Shown here: positions 9,382 through 17,833 of the stretch, piece after piece
Position numbering within the stretch: the first letter of the stretch is position 1
Layout: each line of letters starts with the position of its first letter
Virus record (IMG/VR): IMGVR_UViG_3300033141_001125
Span: 671 to 64,670 of that record
Reading direction: 5' to 3' (one strand)
Length of the DNA: 64,000 bases
Source: a virus
Taxonomy: Duplodnaviria > Caudoviricetes
Notes under the pieces: generated by a model
Seen by the model: only the letters and a program-made list of their open reading frames with translations
The model's database searches: none
What the model was told of the DNA's origin: nothing
Translations under genes and position numbers: made by a program

Positions 9382-9494
9382 TAGTGTATGATTGGTGTAT
9401 TACTATCTCTCTTTTATTTATACATGAAAAATAAAATAAAATAAATAATATAGAGAAGGTAAAGTGGAGCGCATCATACACCAATAGTACACTA
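9382..9494. repeat. AT-rich element flanked by imperfect inverted repeats; candidate replication origin, copy 1
   Basis: TAGTGTATGATTGGTGTAT ... ATACACCAATAGTACACTA; 33-bp and 22-bp blocks identical to 33073-33157. Confidence 0.65.
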
Positions 9495-9724
9495 TGAAAA
9501 CACCGAAAAATCACTTTTTTGCAATATTTTATTCAAGATACACTGTAAAAGTAATTAAAATATTGCAAAAAGTATACAATATTTGAGAATAGTTCGCGTC
9601 TCTGCAATATCATATTCTTATGCAATAATATTGTATTTCATCAAGAAATGTTTATTTGAGCAGGTCAAGATTTAATGTATGACTTTTGATGCTCTGCAAT
9701 TTGAATGTAATGATAAACTTAACA

Positions 9725-10564
9725 TTATTTTGCGGTTGGTTCATAGTCAGATATAGCAAATAATAAGCCGCGCCAGTTAGAAAAAGTCGTTTGAAAATTC
9801 ATTACAAGCACAGCGTCTTTATTATCTAATGTCCATCGATTATACATACTGCTAACTGGCTCATCGCCACTAAAGGCATAAAATTTTCCATCGTATTCTC
9901 CAACAGCAAAGCGGGCATCTGGCATTTCATTCAATACATCGCGCCAGGTTAGTTCAAGTATACCGTAACTAAAAAACGGCACATCAAGCCAATCTTTTTC
10001 TATGTAACTAATTTTACTTACACGTTTTGACATCCAGTGAGTAGGATTATAATCAGTATAAATCCCAGAGATACACCCAATACGCCAGTCTTTTTTTGTA
10101 TGCTTGACCTGTGATTCTAGCCAACGGACATACTCTAAAATCTCATTTTGAATAAAGGCAAATTCTTCACGTAGTCCGCATGCGTATTCGCTATAATATC
10201 CATTGTTAGCACTATAATTTGCTGCGTCACCAGCAATCATAACAAGTACATCAAGCTTTGTCTCAATATCAAATTTGCCCTTATTGTCTGTCGGCTCCTC
10301 ATCAATTTCTTGCAACTGCGTTATAGTATGTTGCAATAGCTTTATAACTTCGCTGGTTTTATTATCCACGTGTAATCCTCCGTGCTTTCTTGGCCTGTTT
10401 GCGTTTGGCCTGCCGCTTCTTTTTAGCATCAATTTCAGGCTTTTTAGCTGAATTATGATCAACCCCACGTGCATCTCTAGCGGTTTTGCGCCGTCTCTGG
10501 CGGTTAATCTTGCCAGTAACTTGAAGAATTTTGTAAGCCGTTTTTGGCTCTTCGTCATTCGCAT
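9725..10564 (-). CDS. hypothetical protein (true start probably internal, near 10370)
   Basis: long ORF; the 5' part overlaps 10362-10607. Confidence 0.6.
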   Translation of the reverse strand: MRMTKSQKRLTKFFKLLARLTARDGAKPLEMHVGLIIIQLKSLKLMLKRSGRPNANRPRKHGGLHVDNKTSEVIKLLQHTITQLQEIDEEPTDNKGKFDIETKLDVLVMIAGDAANYSANNGYYSEYACGLREEFAFIQNEILEYVRWLESQVKHTKKDWRIGCISGIYTDYNPTHWMSKRVSKISYIEKDWLDVPFFSYGILELTWRDVLNEMPDARFAVGEYDGKFYAFSGDEPVSSMYNRWTLDNKDAVLVMNFQTTFSNWRGLLFAISDYEPTAK

Positions 10565-10607
10565 TTGCTTCTTTGAATAGATTTTGTAATAGTTTTTGTA
10601 AAAGCAT
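10362..10607 (-). CDS. small basic hypothetical protein
   Basis: AAGGAA RBS, Lys/Arg-rich C-terminus. Confidence 0.5.
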   Translation of the reverse strand: MLLQKLLQNLFKEANANDEEPKTAYKILQVTGKINRQRRRKTARDARGVDHNSAKKPEIDAKKKRQAKRKQAKKARRITRG

Positions 10608-10868
10608 TATTTATTCCTTTTGCAATTTCATAATCCGCTTGCATGGCTGGTAAGGCAACAAGCAGATAAGTTCTTATTTATGCGGTTCTATTATTCAACT
10701 TTAATGTTGACCGGCATCTCCTCAAATATATATTCGAACTGCCAAGGAATTCTTGACAGTTCATGCCAATGAATATGTGCTGTTATAACAAACATTATTC
10801 CTTAATACACTCTCAGACGCTAAGCGAAAGAAACGCATTAGCTATTTGTGTGTTGGTTATTGTGCGCA

Positions 10869-11312
10869 TTACTTCGATAGCTCTGCGCGCAATGTTGTAA
10901 TTGATGCAAAAAATAAATCAAGAACTTGTTTTTTAGCATCTAATAATTGCTCTTTTAATTCTTGTGGGGTCATCGCATGAATAACATTGCCATAGTTTCG
11001 CTCATCCATAAGGTCTACTAGCGCGCCACATTCACACATATATACGTCGCCCAGTGGCATAAAATCAACACACATAATTGACTTATCCGCACCGTGATCA
11101 CATCGTGCTTGGAGAATGGTTTCCCACTCCATAACCGCATTTTCCTCTTTATCGTGCTGTTGTCCTGTTGCTCCGCAGCTTCCGCAATGCACACAGAACA
11201 TCTTGCCCTGATAAGTTTTCTTGATTTCAGCCTTGTTTTTGCCACAAAACATACATTTCATATTAACATTCACCTCCCAGCATTTTAACCACGTCATTTC
11301 CAATGGCATCAC
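10869..11312 (-). CDS. Lar-like (restriction alleviation) zinc-ribbon protein
   Basis: CxFCG...CxxCGATG...A.MEW pattern. Confidence 0.6.
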   Translation of the reverse strand: MMPLEMTWLKCWEVNVNMKCMFCGKNKAEIKKTYQGKMFCVHCGSCGATGQQHDKEENAVMEWETILQARCDHGADKSIMCVDFMPLGDVYMCECGALVDLMDERNYGNVIHAMTPQELKEQLLDAKKQVLDLFFASITTLRAELSK

Positions 11313-11463
11313 TAATCACGGACGCGCTAAAATGTTTATTTCGGTTCTCTTTCTTGTCGGCAGTTACATAAAGCTCGCCGCGATAAATCTCATCAATGGT
11401 ATATGTTCCATCTGCGCATTGCGTTCCATAAACCTTGAATCTTTGTCCAACTTTGAAATCCAT
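11263..11463 (-). CDS. hypothetical protein
   Basis: 66-aa ORF with GAGG RBS. Confidence 0.55.
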   Translation of the reverse strand: MDFKVGQRFKVYGTQCADGTYTIDEIYRGELYVTADKKENRNKHFSASVISDAIGNDVVKMLGGEC

Positions 11464-11613
11464 TGCAGCCTCACTTTATATTATTTTGCAGCATTTCCAG
11501 TTACTTCACTGCCCGTAGCTGCTCGCGGTCATTTCCGCACGTCCGAGGGTTTTATGTGGGTCGGGGTCACAGCGATTGTTTTTTTATAGAGAAACATCTG
11601 CTTAAAACTCTTG

Positions 11614-11738
11614 TTCGGTGGCCGGGATTCGAACCCGGTATTGATGATTCTTTTATCTCAAATTGGAGACCGCCTATCATCAGGGATACGTTGCCTTGCG
11701 TGTCCATTAAGCCACCACTGGCTCCACGCCGCCACCGA
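11614..11738 (-). ncRNA. tRNA-like RNA with expanded D and anticodon regions
   Basis: acceptor TCGGTGG/CCACCGA, T-arm CCGGG-TTCGAAT-CCCGG, D-stem GCGT/ACGC; no canonical anticodon arm. Confidence 0.65.
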
Positions 11739-12081
11739 ATTAAACTTAATATTAACAATATTCCAACATATATTATTTTTTTAGCGGGCACAAACCAGAT
11801 CAAAGAATTATGCCTTAAATCCAGTCTGTGTGTTGTGATAATTTGACGTTTAGCATCCAGTGAATGAAATACCTGGTAATCGTAGCGGGTAACAAGCCCG
11901 CATTTCTACCACAACTCCCAAGCTGTTTCTTAGTCCTCCAAAGTAATCAGGTGTATATTAGTTTTAGATTATCCAAGCTCTTGTTCCTGATCATTATGTA
12001 TGGAATCAAAAGCACAATTTATTCTGGACTTATCGCCATTATGGGCTTATTGCCATATATTTCAAGTAAAATTTGATGCTA

Positions 12082-12185
12082 TTCAACGGATAGGAGTTGA
12101 ACCTATATACAACACCGTCTTCTAAACAAGACGCTTGCAAGTAACGTGGTGCTTTGCCGCAATTTAGTTTTTAAGCTACCGTTGA
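12082..12185 (-). ncRNA. tRNA-like RNA (non-canonical)
   Basis: acceptor TCAACGG/CCGTTGA, U8-A9, D-stem GCTT/AAGC, T-arm ATAGG-TTCAACT-CCTAT, extra hairpin CGTCTT/AAGACG. Confidence 0.65.
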
Positions 12186-12347
12186 TCCTGTCAGCCATGC
12201 TGTCGCCCATTATCCATCTTGCCGTCTAGTTTCACGGTCTCAATTTCTCGTTACCGTATACCTGTTTTATAAGGGGTGGTATTCCGCCTTAATGCGGTCA
12301 TTTTATCGAGTCAGCCGTAGCCAAGTCACGTACAAAATAGATATAAA

Positions 12348-12509
12348 TCACGCATCCTGAATTGGATGAGGGCCGTTTTCATATAGCCAATTGATTACCG
12401 CTTCAATGCCTTGCTCATACGACGCCTCGGGATACTGCGTTCCTTCTAATTCTGCAAGTTGCGCTTCGAACAAACAATCCTCAATTTCTTGCTGCGTTTT
12501 GTCAGTCAT
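12348..12509 (-). CDS. 53-aa hypothetical protein (not in ORF track)
   Basis: AAGGAGG RBS; MTDKTQQEIE...YPEASYEQGIEAVINWL. Confidence 0.65.
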   Translation of the reverse strand: MTDKTQQEIEDCLFEAQLAELEGTQYPEASYEQGIEAVINWLYENGPHPIQDA

Positions 12510-12638
12510 TTTAACCTCCTTGTAGTTTGTGTGCTAGTTACGGAGTCTAGCATTGCCTGTTAACAATCGGTTTCGGTTTCAAGCCAACTATTTATATAGT
12601 ACTCCAAACGCCCATAAACTCAACTAACAAATGTCATT

Positions 12639-13121
12639 TTATTTACGGTTAACGTTCATGGGCATAATCACAGCGATGTAGTTATCGCCGTCCGTGCCAT
12701 TATCAAGATTGAAGTCTTTAATCACAACTGGCTTATGATCACCCCTTAGCTCGATCAAAATATGCTCACAAGGCATACTGGCAGCGTCAAGCAAAAATTG
12801 ACGATTAAGCACAACGTATTCCACAATTTCACTTGTGGGAATACACTTTTCTATGTCAGGAAAGTTGCCATGAATCTCTTCTTCACTATAGTCCTTCGGA
12901 GTTTCATTGAGTGGTTTGCCCTCATTGAGTTTAACCACTCTCTCAACGCCATGCCATTTTTTATTGACAAGATGTGCCCGCCATCCATCAGCACCTTGTA
13001 ATTGCCCTGCTGTGAAATTTATGCCCGTCAATATTTTATGACTATATTTATCATCGTCTCCATACAATGCTTTTTGAAGCCATTGCCATTCCAAAGATTG
13101 TTGTTTGTCTACGGGTTTCAT
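12639..13121 (-). CDS. truncated DNA polymerase III beta-clamp-like protein
   Basis: 'ILTGI...ADGWR', 'GNFPDIEKCIP', 'LNRQFLLDA', 'AVIMPM' resemble DnaN middle and C-terminal domains. Confidence 0.65.
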   Translation of the reverse strand: MKPVDKQQSLEWQWLQKALYGDDDKYSHKILTGINFTAGQLQGADGWRAHLVNKKWHGVERVVKLNEGKPLNETPKDYSEEEIHGNFPDIEKCIPTSEIVEYVVLNRQFLLDAASMPCEHILIELRGDHKPVVIKDFNLDNGTDGDNYIAVIMPMNVNRK

Positions 13122-13237
13122 AGCACTCCTTTTTGCTTAGAATCAATTTTAAGCTATTTCTAGCTCAAATGCCTATCACGGCATCTTTTGATATTAAAAA
13201 TCACTTCCAGAGTGATCTGGGAGTGATAGAAACGACA

Positions 13238-14056
13238 CTAGAAGATCATGGCCCCACCTGTATAGGCTTGCGGCGCTGCCATAAGCACCTTGTTGCTCCC
13301 ATCGTAATTTTGGCCGATGGTGCAATACGGAGAATTTTCACTTGTCGGCATAGCATGCCTCAATACTTCTTGTGCTGTTTTATAATCAAACACATAAAGA
13401 TGATGACGTTTTGACAGCTTTTTGATTTCTGGCTGTGATAGCTCTACAATCTCAAGATGGCTATATACAGCGTCAGATTCTTCTAGGGCTGTGTCATCGT
13501 CATAATACTCAAGAATCTCAGGATTAAGGCCGGATGCTTTATACATCACCTGGACAGCGAATGCTTTTCCAAGCTCAACACACTCTAAAACCTTTGCTAT
13601 TTCATCATTTGACTTTGCAAAAGCCCTGGAAAACTCTCTGAAAAGTTTCTTGCCAGGAAGATCGTCCAAGTCAAAAAATCCAATGATTTGGCTTTGTTTC
13701 TCTGTATCTAAACCGATCATCCCCTTTGCAATGTACAATGGCAAAACACCATCAGCAATCAAATGTTGCACGTCATCAGTGAGTTGCAACAATTTAACTC
13801 TGCTGCTTACCAATTTTGCCGTCATATTTAATTGCCGTGCAAGTTCTGCATAGCTAATTCCTTGATCATCAATGCACTTTTTGAGTGCATTTGCCTGCTC
13901 AATCTGATTCATATTTTTCATATCTAATTGTGACATCATAATAACTCCTTTGATTAGGGTTTTAAGGCTTTTGGCCTTTCGAGAACACATAAACCATGTT
14001 ATGTGTTCTGAAATGTCAAAAGTTAACTTTGCCTTGTGCATCCACATACACATCAA
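13238..14056 (-). CDS. ParB/Spo0J-like HTH protein lacking the N-terminal CTPase domain (start probably ~13940)
   Basis: 'MNQIEQANALKK...GISYAELARQLN...VSSRVKLLQL..DVQ.LI..G.L' is the ParB HTH pattern. Confidence 0.7.
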   Translation of the reverse strand: MMCMWMHKAKLTFDISEHITWFMCSRKAKSLKTLIKGVIMMSQLDMKNMNQIEQANALKKCIDDQGISYAELARQLNMTAKLVSSRVKLLQLTDDVQHLIADGVLPLYIAKGMIGLDTEKQSQIIGFFDLDDLPGKKLFREFSRAFAKSNDEIAKVLECVELGKAFAVQVMYKASGLNPEILEYYDDDTALEESDAVYSHLEIVELSQPEIKKLSKRHHLYVFDYKTAQEVLRHAMPTSENSPYCTIGQNYDGSNKVLMAAPQAYTGGAMIF

Positions 14057-14213
14057 TTATTTCATCGTCTTCATAATATTTCAATGCTTCTAAAACTGAT
14101 CTCTTATCAAGTTTAACGTGCATTACAAAATTGCCTTTTACATGCACATCCCCCCATACACTACATCGACCCTTTAGAACGTTCACCAAAACAGATTTGA
14201 CCATGCCCTGCAT
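14016..14213 (-). CDS. hypothetical protein
   Basis: operon-packed ORF. Confidence 0.5.
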   Translation of the reverse strand: MQGMVKSVLVNVLKGRCSVWGDVHVKGNFVMHVKLDKRSVLEALKYYEDDEIIDVYVDAQGKVNF

Positions 14214-14218
14214 AATTT

Positions 14219-14446
14219 CTATCCCCCCTGATTCAATGTTGTGTGTACATACTTGCCGTCAACATACCTAAACAATTCAACAATAATTCTTTCCTTGCCA
14301 TCCTCACAGCTCAACTGATAGACGTTGAGCGTTTTCATACATTCAACAATTTTCTTTTCCCGATCATCTAATTGTGAAAATGACTTCAATTCAGTTTTAT
14401 TATTATGACTTGTCCGATTAACTCTATAAATTATGCCATTCATCAC
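14219..14446 (-). CDS. hypothetical protein
   Basis: operon-packed ORF. Confidence 0.5.
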   Translation of the reverse strand: MMNGIIYRVNRTSHNNKTELKSFSQLDDREKKIVECMKTLNVYQLSCEDGKERIIVELFRYVDGKYVHTTLNQGG

Positions 14447-14973
14447 TATCCCCCTAGTGTATTTTCATCATCGTTCTGAAACTTCTTATAGCCATATTTG
14501 TTAGCCAGATCACCAAAAGATGCCTTGTTGTCGTGACGTGATCGGCCTTTGTATGGCTTCCAGTACCACATACAGCGTTTTTTGTGCCACGTAAGACCTA
14601 TCCCCAAAGGATTACCTTGCTTATCCTTTTTACGTCCTAGCCGTGTGGCATGTGGCTTTGTGTTACCTGATACCCATATCCATGTACCCACAAGAGCAAC
14701 GTCCACATTTTGCATACGTAAAGCTAAAATGTCTTGAATTTTCTTTGCAATTCCTTCCTCATTTGCCCAATTGTATTTGTATGTGTGTTCCTTACCATCA
14801 CTTCCATAAGATGTTTGACCGTGAACACCTCTCAGAGCGTCGTGGTACTGCTCTAGAATGGCCCTCATTGTGTCGTTATCCCCACCTTTATCAGGATGGT
14901 GCATCATTGCCAATTCCCTGAATTTGGCCTTGATTTCGAAGACTGTATAGCAGTTAAGAAAGTAGTGTTTCAT
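14446..14973 (-). CDS. J-domain protein
   Basis: 'EIKAKFRELAMMHHPDKGG' with intact HPD motif. Confidence 0.82.
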   Translation of the reverse strand: MKHYFLNCYTVFEIKAKFRELAMMHHPDKGGDNDTMRAILEQYHDALRGVHGQTSYGSDGKEHTYKYNWANEEGIAKKIQDILALRMQNVDVALVGTWIWVSGNTKPHATRLGRKKDKQGNPLGIGLTWHKKRCMWYWKPYKGRSRHDNKASFGDLANKYGYKKFQNDDENTLGG

Positions 14974-15177
14974 CTCGTTTTCTCCCGTTCCTCGAATCTA
15001 CATATATCTTACCATGATATACGTTCTTGTCAATAGGCAAACACCGAGAAACGTCAAAATAGTGACAAATGTCATATCTTTTATAAATTCATCAATTTGC
15101 CTATTGACAAAAGCAAAAGACATGGTAGTATATAGCTAGATTTTAGGAACAGAGAAACACACGGAGGCAATGAAATG
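14971..15177. promoter_or_regulatory. divergent early promoter pair with central palindromic operator TGACA-AA-TGTCA
   Basis: both directions carry GCCTATTGACAA...CATGGTA(A/G)(G/T)AT (extended -10); homologous to 32006-32206. Confidence 0.8.
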
Positions 15178-15531
15178 GAAAACGAAAAACGGATACGAGT
15201 AGCAAGCACAATCATCCAGCAAATGGGTGGTCATCTCAAGTCAATGATTAAAGCTAACACATTCCAATCAGGTGAAGATGACAAAGGACAAACTTTTTTG
15301 TCTTTCCGTTTCAAGGCAAGCCGTCGGCACAACTACTGCAAAATTACCTTGACATGGGATGATCTTTATACAATGTCAATTGGTCAAATCAGAAACAAAA
15401 CTGAGGAAGTCGTACCAGGAATTACAATAAAAATTCCCACATATAAGGAGCGATACAATCAAGATCGGCTGTTTTGTGACCAACTTGTAGAAACTTTTGA
15501 ACGTGAAACCGGCTTATACTTAAGCTTGTAA
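15175..15531 (+). CDS. hypothetical phage early protein
   Basis: first gene after rightward promoter, GGAGG RBS. Confidence 0.7.
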   Translation: MENEKRIRVASTIIQQMGGHLKSMIKANTFQSGEDDKGQTFLSFRFKASRRHNYCKITLTWDDLYTMSIGQIRNKTEEVVPGITIKIPTYKERYNQDRLFCDQLVETFERETGLYLSL

Positions 15532-15542
15532 GAAGGTATAAT

Positions 15543-15740
15543 ATGTACGAAGTCATAAAATCAGTAACAGATAATGAAAATGGAATTGAGGCCCGGCTTG
15601 CAAAAATTGAGGATGGCTATACTGTTGGCGTGTGGGATTTGGATTGTGAGCAATACTATCCACCACTCACGCTTTTCAAGTACTCGTTAGAAAATGCACT
15701 TGAAAAAGCAGCAGCCCGTTTTGATAAAATTGCAAAATGA
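15543..15740 (+). CDS. hypothetical protein
   Basis: operon-packed ORF. Confidence 0.6.
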   Translation: MYEVIKSVTDNENGIEARLAKIEDGYTVGVWDLDCEQYYPPLTLFKYSLENALEKAAARFDKIAK

Positions 15741-15976
15741 GCAATTTAACTACACTCACAAAGGAGATTGAGATGTACATCGGACAACATCTGACCATTA
15801 AAACAGAGGTAAAAATTTACGGAAAAGGCTATAGTTTTCTTGAAACACGAACTAAGCCAGGTCTTTGTTGTGTGCAGTATTCGCACACGGATGAAGATGG
15901 AACGCACATTGGGCATGATTGCACGTCCGGTAAACCGATCGGCTTTTCTAATTCGCAAATAGTAGCACGTTTATAA
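15737..15976 (+). CDS. hypothetical protein
   Basis: ATGA overlap with upstream gene. Confidence 0.55.
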   Translation: MSNLTTLTKEIEMYIGQHLTIKTEVKIYGKGYSFLETRTKPGLCCVQYSHTDEDGTHIGHDCTSGKPIGFSNSQIVARL

Positions 15977-15998
15977 TACTTTCTAAGGAGAATTTGAA

Positions 15999-16286
15999 AT
16001 GTTAAAAATTAAAGAAGTGGAACTGGTTGTAATGACGCCAGATGAAGTTGTTAAATACAATGAAACACATGTAGATCATCTGTTTGATGACAATGGTGCA
16101 GAGGCAGACGGCGATCTCTACTTGTTGCCGAAAGATGAAGTGGAAGGAGAATTTGAAACGATAAAAGGCTACGAAATTGCAGGCTACACAGAAAATGCAA
16201 ATTACACAAACTTCACGGGGTTCTCAAGCCGCGATGTGATCTACACATTCGACTACAAAACTGCTACGGCTGCTAGAAACGGATAA
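15999..16286 (+). CDS. hypothetical protein
   Basis: AGGAG...TTGAAATG start motif. Confidence 0.65.
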   Translation: MLKIKEVELVVMTPDEVVKYNETHVDHLFDDNGAEADGDLYLLPKDEVEGEFETIKGYEIAGYTENANYTNFTGFSSRDVIYTFDYKTATAARNG

Positions 16287-16428
16287 TGAATACCCCAACA
16301 GCAGAAGATTATTTGATTGCCAGTGCTTATAAAAGCACTGGCAATACTAATTTAGCATACAGGATGTTACAATTACATTCTGTATGCTGGTGGTTGACAT
16401 ACACAAATACATACATAAGGATAAATGA

Positions 16429-16809
16429 ATGAATGAAGAATGGCGAAAAATAAACGAGCGTTACGAGGTAAGCGACGGCGGACATGCACAGCATGTCCTT
16501 AATCGCAAGGCTGTCAAAGGCCCATTGCTATACACACGCAATGGAGAAAAGATACAAGGCCATCCGATTATGCAGCTTGTGTATAAGGCATTTGTTGGCG
16601 ATGTTCCAGAAGGTGCAAGACTCAGGCGCAAAGATGCAACCTTGCCGCCATCTGTTGAGAATATTATGTTGACTTCTCCACAAATAACGCAGGCGGAAAA
16701 GATGCAACAGAGAATCAATAAATACGAGCTAGAGATTGCAGAAATACAAAAGCAATTACTCGAACTGCAAGAAAACTATCCACTATTATTCCAAAACAAC
16801 ATCAAATAA
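16429..16809 (+). CDS. degenerate NUMOD4/HNH endonuclease-like protein
   Basis: 'EEWRKI...YEVSD.G' NUMOD4-like start; 'LVYKAFVG...KD....EN' HNH scaffold without the catalytic His. Confidence 0.55.
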   Translation: MNEEWRKINERYEVSDGGHAQHVLNRKAVKGPLLYTRNGEKIQGHPIMQLVYKAFVGDVPEGARLRRKDATLPPSVENIMLTSPQITQAEKMQQRINKYELEIAEIQKQLLELQENYPLLFQNNIK

Positions 16810-17541
16810 GCGTTCTATTCGTTGTGGGTGTGGCTGGCGGATTGTTGATCTAAGTGAATACTCTTGCTGAGAACCATCTAGAAGCTTGAACAAATCGCCT
16901 TTCCAGCCCGATTTATTCCAACCCGGACAAGCCGTATGAATACCCGCCATTATCTGCGCCCACTCGTTATGGCCCTTGACATTAACGAGTGGGATTTTAT
17001 ACATTTCTTGCAAGTGTTTAATCAATCCAGCCGCCGCAAGCAATTGAACTTGTGGCGGTTTTTCATAGTCCCACCTACCAGCAAGCCCCACAGAGATATG
17101 AGTATTTCTATGCCCGCAATGATCATGCCAACAGCCCCACAATAAATCATTGCATAGTTTCACCTCACCGTCAATCGTAACCCAAAAGGTGTATTCTGTA
17201 GTAGGCCTGCCCTTACCTCCGTGCCTCACTGAGCGAGTAACATAATTTGCCACAGCCATCATATTATGAGTTAAGGTATGATGGATAGTAATGCCGTCTA
17301 TTTGCTCAGGCTTGCGCTCCCACCAAAACGATAAACGCCTACTCACGAAGTAGGCGTCATCAGGCGTGTCATTACGCGGCATTTGATCAATGACACTAAT
17401 CCAGGGTTCACTATTTGGAATCCTGAACTTTAGATGGTATTCCCGCGTTGGATCAAGGCAAAGATTCTTCATAAAATTCTGGAAGCTGGTATGCCTTTTC
17501 GCCACTGAATAAATCGTTGAGCAGATTCGCGCCGCCGCCAA
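16786..17541 (-). CDS. endolysin, N-acetylmuramoyl-L-alanine amidase (Amidase_2; start probably 17472)
   Basis: ITIHHT, WH, GH.E, TACPG zinc-amidase motifs; follows holin. Confidence 0.88.
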   Translation of the reverse strand: MAAARICSTIYSVAKRHTSFQNFMKNLCLDPTREYHLKFRIPNSEPWISVIDQMPRNDTPDDAYFVSRRLSFWWERKPEQIDGITIHHTLTHNMMAVANYVTRSVRHGGKGRPTTEYTFWVTIDGEVKLCNDLLWGCWHDHCGHRNTHISVGLAGRWDYEKPPQVQLLAAAGLIKHLQEMYKIPLVNVKGHNEWAQIMAGIHTACPGWNKSGWKGDLFKLLDGSQQEYSLRSTIRQPHPQRIERLFDVVLE

Positions 17542-17764
17542 TAACTACAGAGGTCATCAGCCGTGCCACAAGCTCATTAGGCATATAATCAACAAACAGA
17601 TTCACGCCAGACAACCAGCCAACTAGCCCGCCGATGATCCAGGACACATACAACAGCCACCACATATCCAACGTCGGATATTTAGCTTTGATCGGCTGTG
17701 CAATCGCCTCAATAACACGATTGGTGAACATCGAAAGAAAACTTGCAATTGCAATAGAATCCAT
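17453..17764 (-). CDS. holin
   Basis: 103 aa with 2-3 hydrophobic helices, 'GGGANLLNDL'; upstream of amidase. Confidence 0.78.
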   Translation of the reverse strand: MDSIAIASFLSMFTNRVIEAIAQPIKAKYPTLDMWWLLYVSWIIGGLVGWLSGVNLFVDYMPNELVARLMTSVVIGGGANLLNDLFSGEKAYQLPEFYEESLP

Positions 17765-17768
17765 ATCT

Positions 17769-17830
17769 AAACTCCTCTATAATAATTTGTAATTCATAAT
17801 CATTATAGAGGAGTTTGCACTAGAAGTCAA
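17769..17830 (-). promoter_or_regulatory. lysis-operon promoter plus RBS-sequestering 15-bp inverted repeat
   Basis: TTGACT-17-TATAAT; AAACTCCTCTATAAT/ATTATAGAGGAGTTT perfect inverted repeat. Confidence 0.75.
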
Positions 17831-17833
17831 GTA

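Noticed and set aside
11490-11600. Possible HDV-like/theta ribozyme downstream of the tRNA-like RNA
   Set aside because: I could not build the P1/P2/P3/P1.1 nested pseudoknot by eye; left as generic structured RNA
16429-16809. Active HNH homing endonuclease or intron
   Set aside because: Catalytic His/Asn pattern is eroded and the gene interrupts nothing
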